A stretch of DNA of 64,000 nt, taken from positions 1,613,800-1,677,799 of the forward strand of contig CBDFKX010000002.1 of NCBI GenBank assembly GCA_965249055.1, written 5' to 3'. How positions within the stretch are numbered: position 1 is the first letter of the stretch; the number at the start of each line of letters is the position of its first letter. Positions 27,215 through 37,488 of the stretch are shown here, piece by piece. The DNA is from Candidatus Aldehydirespiratoraceae bacterium (GTDB lineage Bacteria > Actinomycetota > Acidimicrobiia > Acidimicrobiales > Aldehydirespiratoraceae). Below the pieces are notes generated by a model, which saw only the letters and a program-made list of their open reading frames with translations, had not been told where the DNA came from and made no database searches. Position numbers and translations under genes: made by a program.

Positions 27215-27595
27215 GTGTTGAACATGAGACGATTAGAGGGACCTGAAATCCAATCGTACGATGTTCTCCGCCGTAAATTGGCTGAACGGGTGCGAATAGT
27301 GCGAGTGCCGGTGCTTCCGTTCGGTTCGAATGGAACGACGATCGGCAGGTTCGTACTGCTGCGGACCGACAATGACCGTAGCGGCAACCGCAAGCTGTTG
27401 GCACACGAACTCATCCACGTTCGACAATGGCACGAGGCGGGTTGTTGGGCGTTTCTCTGGGCTTATCTCGGGGACTATTGCCGTGGACTGAAGCACCATC
27501 AACGCCACCGAGACGCCTATTCGGCCATCAGAGCTGAGCGGGAAGCCTTAGCGGAAGCTGACGATTGGCATGCACGCAAGGCAGCGGCTCAGTAG
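27215..27595 (+). CDS. small HExxH (HELIH) metallopeptidase-like protein
   Basis: The 126-aa ORF has the LLAHELIHVRQW motif, as in DUF4157-type domains. The start is TTG 27215 or ATG 27221. Confidence 0.5.
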   Translation: MLNMRRLEGPEIQSYDVLRRKLAERVRIVRVPVLPFGSNGTTIGRFVLLRTDNDRSGNRKLLAHELIHVRQWHEAGCWAFLWAYLGDYCRGLKHHQRHRDAYSAIRAEREALAEADDWHARKAAAQ

Positions 27596-28440
27596 TCGTA
27601 GAAGCCCTTGCCGGACTTGCGTCCCAGGTGACCTGCAGACACCATCCGCCGAAGTAGCGGTGGGGGAGCCAGAAAGCGTTCGTTGTATTCGTCGTACAAC
27701 GACTCGGCTGTCCACAACATCACGTCAAGACCAATCATGTCGCACAACGCCAGCGGGCCCATCGGGTGACCTGCCCCGAGTTTCATCGCCTCATCAATGT
27801 CCTCGGCTGAGGCATGGCCTGCCTCAAACATGGCGATGGCCTGACAAAGAAAAGGCACCAGCAAGGCGTTCACAACGAAGCCGGCCCGATCCTTGCAATG
27901 CACGACCCGCTTTTCGAGCACATCGGTAGCGAAACCCGCAGCGGCCTGTGCCACAGCAGCATCGGTGCGTTGCGTGGAGATGACTTCCACGAGCCGCATG
28001 ACCGTTGCCGGGTTGAAAAAGTGCATCCCACATACTTGCTCGGGCCGCTCGGTCCCCATGGCAATGTCAATGATCGGTATCGACGAGGTATTGGTCGCCA
28101 TAATCGCCCCGTCGGGCAATATCTCATCGAGTTGCTTGAAGATGTCGAGTTTGAGCTCAAGGATCTCCGGTGCCGCCTCAACGGCTAGTTGGCATCCGTT
28201 CATGTCTGCGAGGTCGATAGTCCAAGTGATTCTCGCGGTAGCGCTGTCGCGGGCGCTTTCGTCGAGTTTTCCCCGCGTGACCGCCTTGTCCAGCGATCCC
28301 TCCACCCTCGTCTTGCCTGCCTCGATGGCTGCGGCGTTGATGTCGTGGGCAACGACAGCGACTCCCGCCTTAGCCGCAACTTCGATAATTCCACTGCCCA
28401 TCGCGCCGGTGCCGATTACGCCGATTGTCTCGATAGTCAT
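27589..28440 (-). CDS. 3-hydroxybutyryl-/3-hydroxyacyl-CoA dehydrogenase
   Basis: The ORF contains IGVIGTGAMGSGI (Rossmann), NTSS, HFFNPA, DRAGFVVNA and GRKSGKGFYDY. ATG 28440 is preferred over GTG 28455. Confidence 0.92.
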   Translation of the reverse strand: MTIETIGVIGTGAMGSGIIEVAAKAGVAVVAHDINAAAIEAGKTRVEGSLDKAVTRGKLDESARDSATARITWTIDLADMNGCQLAVEAAPEILELKLDIFKQLDEILPDGAIMATNTSSIPIIDIAMGTERPEQVCGMHFFNPATVMRLVEVISTQRTDAAVAQAAAGFATDVLEKRVVHCKDRAGFVVNALLVPFLCQAIAMFEAGHASAEDIDEAMKLGAGHPMGPLALCDMIGLDVMLWTAESLYDEYNERFLAPPPLLRRMVSAGHLGRKSGKGFYDY

Positions 28441-28441
28441 G

Positions 28442-29002
28442 TCAGTCTGTCTCACTGATTGTGACCGATGAGATGACCAGATCGGTCAAAGGGCGGTCGT
28501 TGCGGTCGGTTTGGACCTGCTGCATCTCGTCGAGCACATCAAGACCGGACACGACTTTGCCGAACAACGAGTACTGCGGTGGCAAGCCCACGCCGCTCGC
28601 CCCCGACACGATGAAGAACTGACTTCCGTTGGTGTTGGGACCGGCGTTGGCCATCGCCAAAGAACCGATCTCGTAACGCCCGGGGCGGGGCAGTTCATCC
28701 TCGAAGCGGTAACCGGGGCCACCACGACCCGTACCGTCGGGATCACCACCCTGGCACATGAAACCGTTGATGATGCGGTGGAAGGTGACTCCGTCGTAAT
28801 AGTGGTAGCGCGACAAGGTCACAAAGTTGTTGACGGTCTTGGGCGCGGCCGCGGCGTCGAGGTGGATTTTCATCGTGCCAAGCGAAGTCTCCATCGTTGC
28901 TGTGTAGGTCTTGGTCGTGTCGATAAACATTGCCGGCGGTTCATCGAACCGCTGTTGTTTGGGACTCGAGCCATCGCTCTCTGGACGGGGGGTTGGGGCC
29001 AT
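28442..29002 (-). CDS. peptidyl-prolyl cis-trans isomerase, cyclophilin type
   Basis: The ORF contains FHRIINGFMCQGGDP, GGPGYRFEDE, LAMANAGPNTNGSQFFI and LFGKVV. The likely start is ATG at 29002. Confidence 0.92.
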   Translation of the reverse strand: MAPTPRPESDGSSPKQQRFDEPPAMFIDTTKTYTATMETSLGTMKIHLDAAAAPKTVNNFVTLSRYHYYDGVTFHRIINGFMCQGGDPDGTGRGGPGYRFEDELPRPGRYEIGSLAMANAGPNTNGSQFFIVSGASGVGLPPQYSLFGKVVSGLDVLDEMQQVQTDRNDRPLTDLVISSVTISETD

Positions 29003-29059
29003 GGAAATCTCCTGATTCTGCTCAACGCAGGCTAGAGCGCCAGGCTCAAAATCCGACAG

Positions 29060-29284
29060 GTGGCTGGGGATCACCCCCTTGTCATGGTGGGTGTGCGTAG
29101 TGTGACATCTGTGAGCGATTTAGCTTCAGTCTCCCCGGCGATCCACGGAGTCGAACGGCGACTGCGCTGCATTCGTTGCGATGTCACGTGGAGAGGAACC
29201 AGCGCGGATGCTTGCTGGAATTGCGGCGTCCCCGGAGTGCCCCTTGGCAACGTGCGAATAGTTGAAGACGAATCGGCTGCCTGA
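29060..29284 (+). CDS. small putative zinc-ribbon protein
   Basis: The ORF has two CxxC pairs (C-IR-C ... C-WN-C). The start is uncertain and GTG 29111 is possible. Support is weak. Confidence 0.3.
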   Translation: MAGDHPLVMVGVRSVTSVSDLASVSPAIHGVERRLRCIRCDVTWRGTSADACWNCGVPGVPLGNVRIVEDESAA

Positions 29285-29311
29285 GGACCGCTCCGCCGCT
29301 ACGATCTCGGT

Positions 29312-29950
29312 GTGACTCCGTCGGCTCCAACACCGTCTGCTCCAACACTGCACTGGTCTGATAGCCGGGTTGAGGTGCACCGCCTCGTCGTTGGTCCCGT
29401 CGACAACAACGTCTTCGTAGTCCGGTGCCGCGAGACAGGAGAAGGTGTGCTGCTCGATGCAGCCAACGAACACGAGCGACTGCTGGAACTGTGCCGTGCA
29501 CTTGATGTGCGCACCGTGCTAGAGACTCATGGCCACTGGGATCACATACAGGCTGTGCCGGCCGTGCGTGATGCCGGCTACAAAGTCGGTGTCACCGCTG
29601 AAGACGCTGCCATGCTGCCGAGCTACGACTACCTCCTCACCGATGAATCGGTGATCGAGATCGGCAAGCTGCGAATCCACACCCATCACACACCGGGCCA
29701 CACACCGGGATCCATGTCATTCAGCGTGCAAGACACGCCCTTGCTGTTCACCGGCGACACGCTCTTTCCCGGCGGACCCGGAGCCACCAGCTTTGAAGGC
29801 GGAGACTTCCCGACCATCCTGCGCAGCATCGAAGACCGTATGTTTCGGGTATTCGACGCAGACACGATCGTGCTGCCGGGCCACGGCGCCGACACAACCA
29901 TCGGCAACGAAGTCCCGAGTTTCGATGAATGGGTATCCCGCGGCTGGTAA
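29312..29950 (+). CDS. MBL-fold metallo-hydrolase (glyoxalase II-like)
   Basis: The ORF contains ETHGHWDHI, HTPGHTPGS and LPGHG. Confidence 0.88.
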   Translation: MTPSAPTPSAPTLHWSDSRVEVHRLVVGPVDNNVFVVRCRETGEGVLLDAANEHERLLELCRALDVRTVLETHGHWDHIQAVPAVRDAGYKVGVTAEDAAMLPSYDYLLTDESVIEIGKLRIHTHHTPGHTPGSMSFSVQDTPLLFTGDTLFPGGPGATSFEGGDFPTILRSIEDRMFRVFDADTIVLPGHGADTTIGNEVPSFDEWVSRGW

Positions 29951-30088
29951 CCGGCCGACACCATCTCAGAGGCGAGTTCCACTCCGGTTGCGTGCGGAGG
30001 TAGTCGTTTGGCGTTGAGCGTGGCACGCTAACGATCGTTAACTTTAACTTCCTGCTGAGTTTTGGCAGGTTCTAACCCCGGAGGGGAT

Positions 30089-31024
30089 ATGGGCAAGCTT
30101 CTTGAGGGCAAGGTCGCTCTCATCACCGGCGCAGGCCGCGGCATCGGCCGCGACCACGCCATCATGATGGCTGGACACGGTGCCAAAGTCGTCGTCAACG
30201 ATCTCGGTGGCGACGAGTTCGGCGGTCCCGGCAGCTTGACCCCGGCACAAGAAGTCGTGTCCGAGATTGAGGCGATGGGCGGCGAGGCCGTTGTCAATGG
30301 TGGCAACGTGGCTTCCTTCGACGATGCGAAAGCCATGATTGATCAAGCGATCGACACTTACGGCGACATCAACATCGTCGTCAACAACGCCGGAATCTTG
30401 CGTGACCGCATGGTGTTCTCAATGAGCGAAGACGACTGGGACGCGGTGATCGCGGTACACCTGAAAGGCACATTCGGACCGTCGCATCACGCCGCGGTGC
30501 ATTGGCGGGCCCAGGTCAAGGCTGGGGGCGAGGCATATGGCCGCATCATCAATACTGCTTCGCCGTCAGGCATCTACGGCAATGTCGGCCAGTCCAACTA
30601 CGGTGCAGCGAAAGCTGGTATCGCAGCCTTTTCGATCATTACCGCGCAGGAACTCGTCAGGTATGGCGTCACGGTGAATTGTCTGGCCCCCACCGCTGTC
30701 TCCCGACTCACTCTGCCGTTGATGGGTGGCGCGGAAAACCTCTCCGAGTCGGCTATGGAAGCCATGTCACCGCGCTGGATCGCGGTGCTCACTACCTGGT
30801 TGGCCAGCCCCGAGGCCAGCAAGGTCACCGGCCGGGTTTTTGATATTCGTGGGCGTCACCTTGGCATCGCCGAAGGCTGGCATCTGGGCCCGACCGCCGA
30901 GCAGCCCGACGATCCGACCCAACTCGGCTCGGTGATGGCTGAGTTGATGGGCAAGGCTCGTCTCAATGCCGGTATGGACGGACTTGATCACGAAGGCCCC
31001 GGATTCCCGAGCCAGTCGATCTGA
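30089..31024 (+). CDS. SDR-family oxidoreductase (MFE-2-type)
   Basis: The ORF contains MGKLLEGKVALITGAGRGIGR, NNAGILRD and YGAAKAG. The ORF is open from 30062, but ATG 30089 follows GGAGGGG. Confidence 0.9.
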   Translation: MGKLLEGKVALITGAGRGIGRDHAIMMAGHGAKVVVNDLGGDEFGGPGSLTPAQEVVSEIEAMGGEAVVNGGNVASFDDAKAMIDQAIDTYGDINIVVNNAGILRDRMVFSMSEDDWDAVIAVHLKGTFGPSHHAAVHWRAQVKAGGEAYGRIINTASPSGIYGNVGQSNYGAAKAGIAAFSIITAQELVRYGVTVNCLAPTAVSRLTLPLMGGAENLSESAMEAMSPRWIAVLTTWLASPEASKVTGRVFDIRGRHLGIAEGWHLGPTAEQPDDPTQLGSVMAELMGKARLNAGMDGLDHEGPGFPSQSI

Positions 31025-31054
31025 TCGTCCCTTGGCCCCTAGCCCCGCGGGGCG

Positions 31055-31687
31055 TCAGGCGTAACTGACTTGACAGACCCCGTGATTGCAGTATCCGCCC
31101 GGGTTCCGGTGGAGATACTGCTGATGGTATTCCTCAGCAAAATAGAAGACCGGTGCGTCCACCACGGTGGTGGCGATCTCGCCGTATCCGGCTCCGTTCA
31201 GTAGCCCTTGGTATTTGTCGAGGCTGGCCGCAGCCGCGGCTCTCTGAGCCTCGTCATAGACGTAGATCTCGCTGCGGTACTGGGTACCGATGTCGTTGTG
31301 TTGACGCATGAACTGGGTGGGGTCATGCACCTCCCAAAAAACCGCGAGCAGATCTTCATAGCTGACGACTTCGGGGTCGAACACGACGAAGACAACTTCG
31401 TTGTGCCCGGTGCGCCCAGAACAAACTTCTTCGTAATACGGGTTCGGTGTGTAGCCGCCCGCGTATCCCACAGCGGTGGTGTACACGCCGTCGAGTTGCC
31501 AATAGAAACGCTCTGCACCCCAGAAACAGCCGAGTCCGAACATGGCGGTCTCGAACCCTTCCGGATATGGACCCTCCAGCGGTGTGCCAAGAACGAGATG
31601 TTTGTCCTGCACAGGTAGTGGATCGGAACGCCCCTCAAGCGCCTCTTCGGGCCTGGGCATTGTTTGCTTGTCTCGTCGAAACAGCAT
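31055..31687 (-). CDS. msrA: peptide-methionine (S)-S-oxide reductase
   Basis: The ORF contains [39 protein letters not shown] and HDPTQ...[11 protein letters not shown]. Confidence 0.95.
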   Translation of the reverse strand: MLFRRDKQTMPRPEEALEGRSDPLPVQDKHLVLGTPLEGPYPEGFETAMFGLGCFWGAERFYWQLDGVYTTAVGYAGGYTPNPYYEEVCSGRTGHNEVVFVVFDPEVVSYEDLLAVFWEVHDPTQFMRQHNDIGTQYRSEIYVYDEAQRAAAAASLDKYQGLLNGAGYGEIATTVVDAPVFYFAEEYHQQYLHRNPGGYCNHGVCQVSYA

Positions 31688-31779
31688 TGGTCAGTTCTCC
31701 TCGGTTAGATCCTACGCTTTCAGAAACACCGTCGCTTCCCGTCGCGTTCCCCGAGCCCCCAAGATTGTTGCGCAAGCGG

Positions 31780-34347
31780 TTATGTATCTAGGCGCGTCGC
31801 ATCACCCGTGAGAGTAAGCACCGCTGTACCCGAGAAATCCCGGGAAGATCGACCAGACACGATCCGGTACTCACCCGGGTCCACATACCAACCTGCCTCG
31901 GTTCGATGAAACCCCTCTCCCTCGGCGGGCACCGGACCAGCGTTCCTCAACTCGTCCCAGATCGGGTCGCCGATGTCGTAGTAGGCAAAGGCACGAGCGT
32001 CCAGATCAAGTCTGACCGTCGCCGTCTCGCCGGGATCAAGGGCTACCTTCTGGAATGCCTTCAGCTCGCGTACAGGCCGAATAATCTTAGGATCCAGCGG
32101 CTCGACATACACCTGCACGACCTCAGAACCGTGCCGATCACCGGTATTGGTCACATCAACTTCAACCTCGACCGTGCTTCCTGTGGAGGTACTACACCCA
32201 GACACAATGCGAGGCTCAGACATTGCAAAAGTCGTATACGACAAACCAAACCCGAGTTCCACCGCTGGTTCAAGTCCCAAAGCGTCGTGGAAACGGTGAC
32301 CCATGAACAAACCCTCGCCGTAGCGAACAATCGAATTGTCACCCGGATAGTTCAGGTAAGCACCGAAATGCTCGTAACGAGTCCCGACAGTGGTCGGTGC
32401 CCGCCCGCTCGGCTCAACCTCGCCGAGCAACATGTCGACGATGGCATCGCCGAGTTCCTGACCAGCAAAACCAACTGACAGCACCGCGGCGGGGTCATCG
32501 AGCCAACCCAGATCGTGAGGCGAACCAACATTGAGGATCACGATTGTTCGCTCGTTTGCCGCGGCCACACGGCGAATCAACTCGGGCTGATCACCCGGGA
32601 GTTCCCACAGGTCACGATCTCGCCCCTCGGTCTCCCAATCATCGTTGGTACCAACCACCACGACTGCTACGTCACTGTTGGCAGCCAGTGTCACGGCCTG
32701 ACCGAGGAGATCCTCTTCCTTGGTTGAAAGCAGACCCAGTTTCATGCCCGACAAGAGCGTCGAATCGCGGTTTGAGAACTCGGCGGTCACCTCAATCGGT
32801 TGTCCCTCGACCAGATCGATCGTGGCGGGGAGCTCCTCGGTACCAAATCCAAAGAAAGCGCCACCTCGCGGATAGTCGCCAGTGGTTGCGTCGAGCACCA
32901 CCTCACCGTCAACCAACACACGAGCCCGTCCGCACTGAACCAGGCGGAACTCATATCGCGCGGTTGATGTTGGCACAACCGTTGCTGTTGCTCGGAATGA
33001 GTAAGTCTCGCCAGAAACCCCTGGCGCGGGTGATCCGAAAGCCATGAAATCGAAGCTGCCGGCTTGGATCGTCGCCTTGGCTTTGTTTGCTCGGCCTCCG
33101 GTTTCGGCGTCGCCGGGGTGGTCTAGATCAAAGCCGTCGAAGTACTGAACGGTAACGGGCCCCTGCACCAGCGGTTCCGTCAAGGCCGGGCAAGTGCGGT
33201 CAATGTCGCAGCCCCTCTCCCAGACAACCTCGGCATCGGGCAATCGTGCGCTCAGAGCATCCACTGGTGAGGTCGCGCGGTAAGCCTTGACCTTGGCGGA
33301 ACCGCCGCCCATCACCTTGGCGTTGAAAGCATTGGGACCGATCACGGCCAACTTGGTGATCGCGGCGGGATTGAGCGGCAGAACCCCGTCGTTGCGCAAC
33401 AAAACCGAACCGGACGCCGCGGCACGACGAATCAAGGCCCGGTCCTCGGCTCGGTCCAGTTCGGTCTCGGTGAAATCGTTGTCGTGGTCCAGCGCGCCAG
33501 TACGTTCCATCAGTGTCAAGACGTCTGCGGCGATGCGATCAAGGGCGCTGGGGGACACCTCACCGTCGTTGACCGCAGCGGTGAGCAGATTGCCATACCA
33601 GCGACCCTCGCCGGGCATCTCCAAACTCAACCCGGCGTTCGCCATGTCGACTGTGGAACGAGCCCCGAACCAGTCGGTCACCACGAAACCGTCAAAACCC
33701 CACTCCTCACGCAGCACGGTGGTGAGCAACCAATGATTGTCCGCACAGAACGTGCCGTTGAGCCGGTTATAGGCCGACATGATCCCCCAAGAACCGCCAT
33801 CTTTGACGGCGTGCTCGAAGGGCACCAGATACAGTTCGCGCAGGGTTCGCTCATCGACTTGGGTGTCGATGCTGTTGCGTTCAAACTCAGAATCGTTGCC
33901 GACATAGTGTTTGGCGGTTGTAGCTACGCCACGCGACTGAACACCGCGCACAAAAGCTGCAGCCATACGCCCCGTAAGGATCGGATCCTCGCTGAACGAC
34001 TCAAAATTGCGTCCGCCTTTGGGGGAACGGTGCAAGTTGATCGTGGGGGCCAACAACACTTGTGAACGTTTTGACAGGGCTTCGTCGCCCAACAGCTCCC
34101 CTAATTCCTCTACGAGACCCGGATCCCACGTTGCGCCCAGAACAGCACCGCTCGGTATGCATGCCGTGCGGCTGCCGGTACCCATGAGTCCGTCGCCGCG
34201 AGCACCGTTGGGACCATCGGTCACCTTCAGTTTCGGAACCCCGAGTCGCTCAACGCCTCGCGTGTGCCACATGTCGCCACCCGTGACCATGGCCACCTTC
34301 TCTTCGGTAGTCATCGCCGCGAGGAGTTCATCAATCCGTCTGCTCAT
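31780..34347 (-). CDS. glycoside hydrolase family 3 beta-glucosidase
   Basis: The 855-aa ORF contains TEEKVAMVTG, VTDGPNGARG, SPKGGRNFESFSEDP and VVTDWFG. It has an inserted PA14-like segment and a C-terminal fibronectin-like domain. Confidence 0.93.
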   Translation of the reverse strand: MSRRIDELLAAMTTEEKVAMVTGGDMWHTRGVERLGVPKLKVTDGPNGARGDGLMGTGSRTACIPSGAVLGATWDPGLVEELGELLGDEALSKRSQVLLAPTINLHRSPKGGRNFESFSEDPILTGRMAAAFVRGVQSRGVATTAKHYVGNDSEFERNSIDTQVDERTLRELYLVPFEHAVKDGGSWGIMSAYNRLNGTFCADNHWLLTTVLREEWGFDGFVVTDWFGARSTVDMANAGLSLEMPGEGRWYGNLLTAAVNDGEVSPSALDRIAADVLTLMERTGALDHDNDFTETELDRAEDRALIRRAAASGSVLLRNDGVLPLNPAAITKLAVIGPNAFNAKVMGGGSAKVKAYRATSPVDALSARLPDAEVVWERGCDIDRTCPALTEPLVQGPVTVQYFDGFDLDHPGDAETGGRANKAKATIQAGSFDFMAFGSPAPGVSGETYSFRATATVVPTSTARYEFRLVQCGRARVLVDGEVVLDATTGDYPRGGAFFGFGTEELPATIDLVEGQPIEVTAEFSNRDSTLLSGMKLGLLSTKEEDLLGQAVTLAANSDVAVVVVGTNDDWETEGRDRDLWELPGDQPELIRRVAAANERTIVILNVGSPHDLGWLDDPAAVLSVGFAGQELGDAIVDMLLGEVEPSGRAPTTVGTRYEHFGAYLNYPGDNSIVRYGEGLFMGHRFHDALGLEPAVELGFGLSYTTFAMSEPRIVSGCSTSTGSTVEVEVDVTNTGDRHGSEVVQVYVEPLDPKIIRPVRELKAFQKVALDPGETATVRLDLDARAFAYYDIGDPIWDELRNAGPVPAEGEGFHRTEAGWYVDPGEYRIVSGRSSRDFSGTAVLTLTGDATRLDT

Positions 34348-34447
34348 CGCCGGAAACCTACATGTTTGTGCAGGGGGGTTCCTAACGGACCGAACAAATC
34401 GGCGAAAGATTCTCAGCCCTCGTGAACTGGGAAGCTAACTTTCGTTG

Positions 34448-34999
34448 CTAGCCGTCGTGTTCACCGTCGGATTCGCCTTCGGTGCCATGTTCGTCACGTC
34501 CGACCTCAGGGTGGGCGCTCCAGGTCTGGAAGTCTTCGCCTTCGGCCGAGAGGCTTATATCGGCGCTGTCGCTCGGTGCTATAGAACCGGGTGCGGTGGG
34601 GCCGAGTTCTACTCCGTTGGAGAGGTGGACTTCCACTCGAACATTTTCGAGCGTTTCGGTGGTTGTGTTCTCGACGGTACCGACGAAGGTGTCGGTGGCG
34701 GAGTCATAGCGCAGCAAGAGCCGTGCTCCCCGACGGGTTTCGTCGTAGGAATCAGCCTTGGCGTATTCGATGCCCGACTCTTCATCACCGTCGGCGATGA
34801 CCGATCCTGACTCGTCGCTCTCAGAGCCTTGGCTAGTTTGGTGCTCGCCACCACCCTCCGATTCACCATTGTCATGTTCGCCCGACGACTCGTTGGCACC
34901 GTGTTCTCGGCCTTCGTCACTGTCGCTGTCGCCGCAACTTGCGAAGAGCAAAGCGAGGCAAGTGAAAACGGCGATAGCAAGGCTGTAGGGTCGGATCAT
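34448..34999 (-). CDS. acidic lipoprotein of unknown function
   Basis: The signal peptide plus lipobox reads LALLFASCGD. Long Asp/Glu/Ser/Gly-rich segments flank a small beta-rich core. Confidence 0.65.
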   Translation of the reverse strand: MIRPYSLAIAVFTCLALLFASCGDSDSDEGREHGANESSGEHDNGESEGGGEHQTSQGSESDESGSVIADGDEESGIEYAKADSYDETRRGARLLLRYDSATDTFVGTVENTTTETLENVRVEVHLSNGVELGPTAPGSIAPSDSADISLSAEGEDFQTWSAHPEVGRDEHGTEGESDGEHDG

Positions 35000-35155
35000 C
35001 TTGAAGCTCCATTTCTGTGGACGGGGACCGCTCCAGGTGGCGATGGGTCTGACTATGGCGGAACGTTCCTTTAATGGAGGTTAGAAGCAAGGCGACCGGT
35101 GCCCCCGTTGGGGTTTCTCTAAGTTTCGTTTAACCAATGATCGGCGACGATGAAC

Positions 35156-35690
35156 CAATGCGGATCTTGCTGACCTGTTAGATCTTGCGCGGCTTGATGA
35201 GGATCGTCATCAGCGTGAGATCGCGCCCGTCGAGCTTGTGTCTATGTGTCGGGAGACTATCGAGCGGATCGATTTCTCGGGCATTGAAATCGATTTGCAC
35301 GCCACTGGCCCCATTGCGGTTGAAGGTGTCGGCTCGCTACTTGAGCGAGCAGTTTCCAACTTGATTGACAGCGCGACAACCCACGCCGAACGTTGTATCC
35401 GCGTCCACGCAAAAGAGACAGCGACGGCGGTTGAGATCGTAGTTGAGGACGACGGTCCTGGAATCCCCGAAGTCGACCGACTTCGCGTGTTTGAACGCTT
35501 CACCCGACTCGACGAATCTCGCGAACGCAACACTGGTGGAAGCGGACTCGGTTTGGCTCTGGTGAGAGCGATCGTCGAACGCCACAACGGCAATGTCACC
35601 GTCGGTGAGTCGCTAAGCCTCGGTGGCGCTCAATTCAAGATCGAACTGCCCGCGGGCCTAGTCACGCGCTCGTTTTCAACTAGGCGGTAA
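35156..35690 (+). pseudogene. sensor histidine kinase, C-terminal (HATPase_c) stub
   Basis: The ORF contains LADLLDLARLDE, NLIDSATTHA, VEDDGPGIP and GGSGLGLALV. An in-frame TGA lies immediately upstream, and there is no HisKA His box, sensor domain or partner response regulator nearby. Confidence 0.7.
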
Positions 35691-35760
35691 CGGGCGACGG
35701 ACAATAGCATGAAAGCTCTACGGCATTTCAGGTCGCGTTCCAAGCCAGGAGGATGAAGCG

Positions 35761-37488
35761 ATGCTCGACATGATTATCAAAGGTGGGTCCATCGTTGATG
35801 GGACGGGTGCGGCACCAGCGGTGGGTGACATCGGCATTAGCGATGGCCGCATCGTCGCTGTCGGGCAGGTCGATGAGCCGGCAGCGGAGATAGTGGATGC
35901 CAGCGGCTTGGTGGTCTGCCCTGGATTCGTCGATCCCCACACGCACTACGACGCACAAGTCTTCTGGGACCCGCACACAACCCCGTCGAACCTCTTTGGC
36001 GTCACCTCAATGATCGGCGGTAACTGCGGTTTCACCCTGGCACCGCTCGGCGACGAATCCGACGGCGAATATCTGAAAAAGATGATGGTCAAGGTGGAAG
36101 GAATGGCGCTTGAGGCGCTGGAGTTGGGAGTGCCGTGGAACTGGCGCAGTTTCGGTGAATATCTCGACCGTGTCGCCGAAAACGGCTCGGCCATCAACGT
36201 TGGTTTTCTTGTGGGCCACTGCGCCCTGCGCCGACTGGTTATGAAAGATGACTCGGTGGGGCACGAAGCCAGTGCTGAACAAGTCGAACAGATGCGGGAA
36301 CTGCTCAAAGAATCCATCGAAGCGGGCGGTCTTGGTTTCTCGACCGGCCGGTCCTTCACCCACAACGACTGGGACGGCAACCCCGTGCCGAGCCGTTGGG
36401 CAGCCTGGGACGAAGTGCTGGAACTCTGCCGCGAAACCTCAGCCCATCCTGGTACGACCCTTGAATGGGTGGCCGACGGTTGTCTCAACGGATTCGAGGA
36501 CGATGAAGTCGAGTTGATGACAAGAATGTCGGTTGAAGGCCAACGGCCGCTCAACTGGAATGTGCTTACCATCGACTCGGCACGCCCCGAGGCCTACCGT
36601 AACCAAATAGCGGCTTGCGAAAAAGCCAACTCACAGGGAGCGAAGATCGTCGCTCTCACCATGCCGATCCTGGTCGGCATGAACATGAACCTCGGCAGCT
36701 TCTGCGCGTTGCATCAACTCCCGGAGTGGAAAACAATCTTCAGCCTCGACTACCCCGAGCGGATGGCGAAACTGCGAGACCCCGAGGTGGTCACCTGGCT
36801 TGAGAATCAGGCGGCTCTTCCCGAAGCGGGTGTGTTTTCTCGCCTTACCGGCTGGGACAACTATCTAGTCGGCGACACCTACTCGGCTGCAAACGAAGGT
36901 CTCAAGGGCCGCACGGTCGGCGACATCGCCCGTGAGCGGGGCAAACGGGCATTCCACACGATGGTCGAGATTGCACTCGAAGATGATCTCGCCACGGTGT
37001 GGTGGCCGCTGCCGACCGATGATGATGCCGAGAGTTGGCGGCTGCGGGCCCAAGCATGGGAACACGAGGCGGTGATGATCGGCGGCTCGGACGCGGGCGC
37101 ACACCTTGATCGCATGGCCGGTGCTACCTATACCACCGCTTGGCTCGCCGATTGTCTGCGCGGCCGACAGCTCACCAGTATGGAGAATGCAATCCGGCAT
37201 CTCACTGACGTGCCCGCCCGGCTCTTCGGTTTGCGAGACCGAGGGCGTGTCGCCGAAGGGTATTTTGCCGACTTGGTGGTGTTCGACAGCGAAGAGGTTG
37301 GGGCCACTGACGTGGAGTTGGTATTCGACCTGCCAGGTGACAGCAAGCGCCTCTACTCCGAAGCCACCGGTATCAAACGGGTGATGGTGAACGGTGTCAC
37401 AACCGTGCTTGACGGTGAGGCGACCGACGAACTCCCCGGCAAGGTGCTGCGCAGCGGCGCCGACACCGTCACTGTTCCGGTCCCCTAA
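35761..37488 (+). CDS. N-acyl-D-amino-acid deacylase family amidohydrolase
   Basis: The ORF contains IIKGGSIVDGTG, DIGISDGRIVAVG, PGFVDPHTHYD and SDAGAH. Confidence 0.9.
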   Translation: MLDMIIKGGSIVDGTGAAPAVGDIGISDGRIVAVGQVDEPAAEIVDASGLVVCPGFVDPHTHYDAQVFWDPHTTPSNLFGVTSMIGGNCGFTLAPLGDESDGEYLKKMMVKVEGMALEALELGVPWNWRSFGEYLDRVAENGSAINVGFLVGHCALRRLVMKDDSVGHEASAEQVEQMRELLKESIEAGGLGFSTGRSFTHNDWDGNPVPSRWAAWDEVLELCRETSAHPGTTLEWVADGCLNGFEDDEVELMTRMSVEGQRPLNWNVLTIDSARPEAYRNQIAACEKANSQGAKIVALTMPILVGMNMNLGSFCALHQLPEWKTIFSLDYPERMAKLRDPEVVTWLENQAALPEAGVFSRLTGWDNYLVGDTYSAANEGLKGRTVGDIARERGKRAFHTMVEIALEDDLATVWWPLPTDDDAESWRLRAQAWEHEAVMIGGSDAGAHLDRMAGATYTTAWLADCLRGRQLTSMENAIRHLTDVPARLFGLRDRGRVAEGYFADLVVFDSEEVGATDVELVFDLPGDSKRLYSEATGIKRVMVNGVTTVLDGEATDELPGKVLRSGADTVTVPVP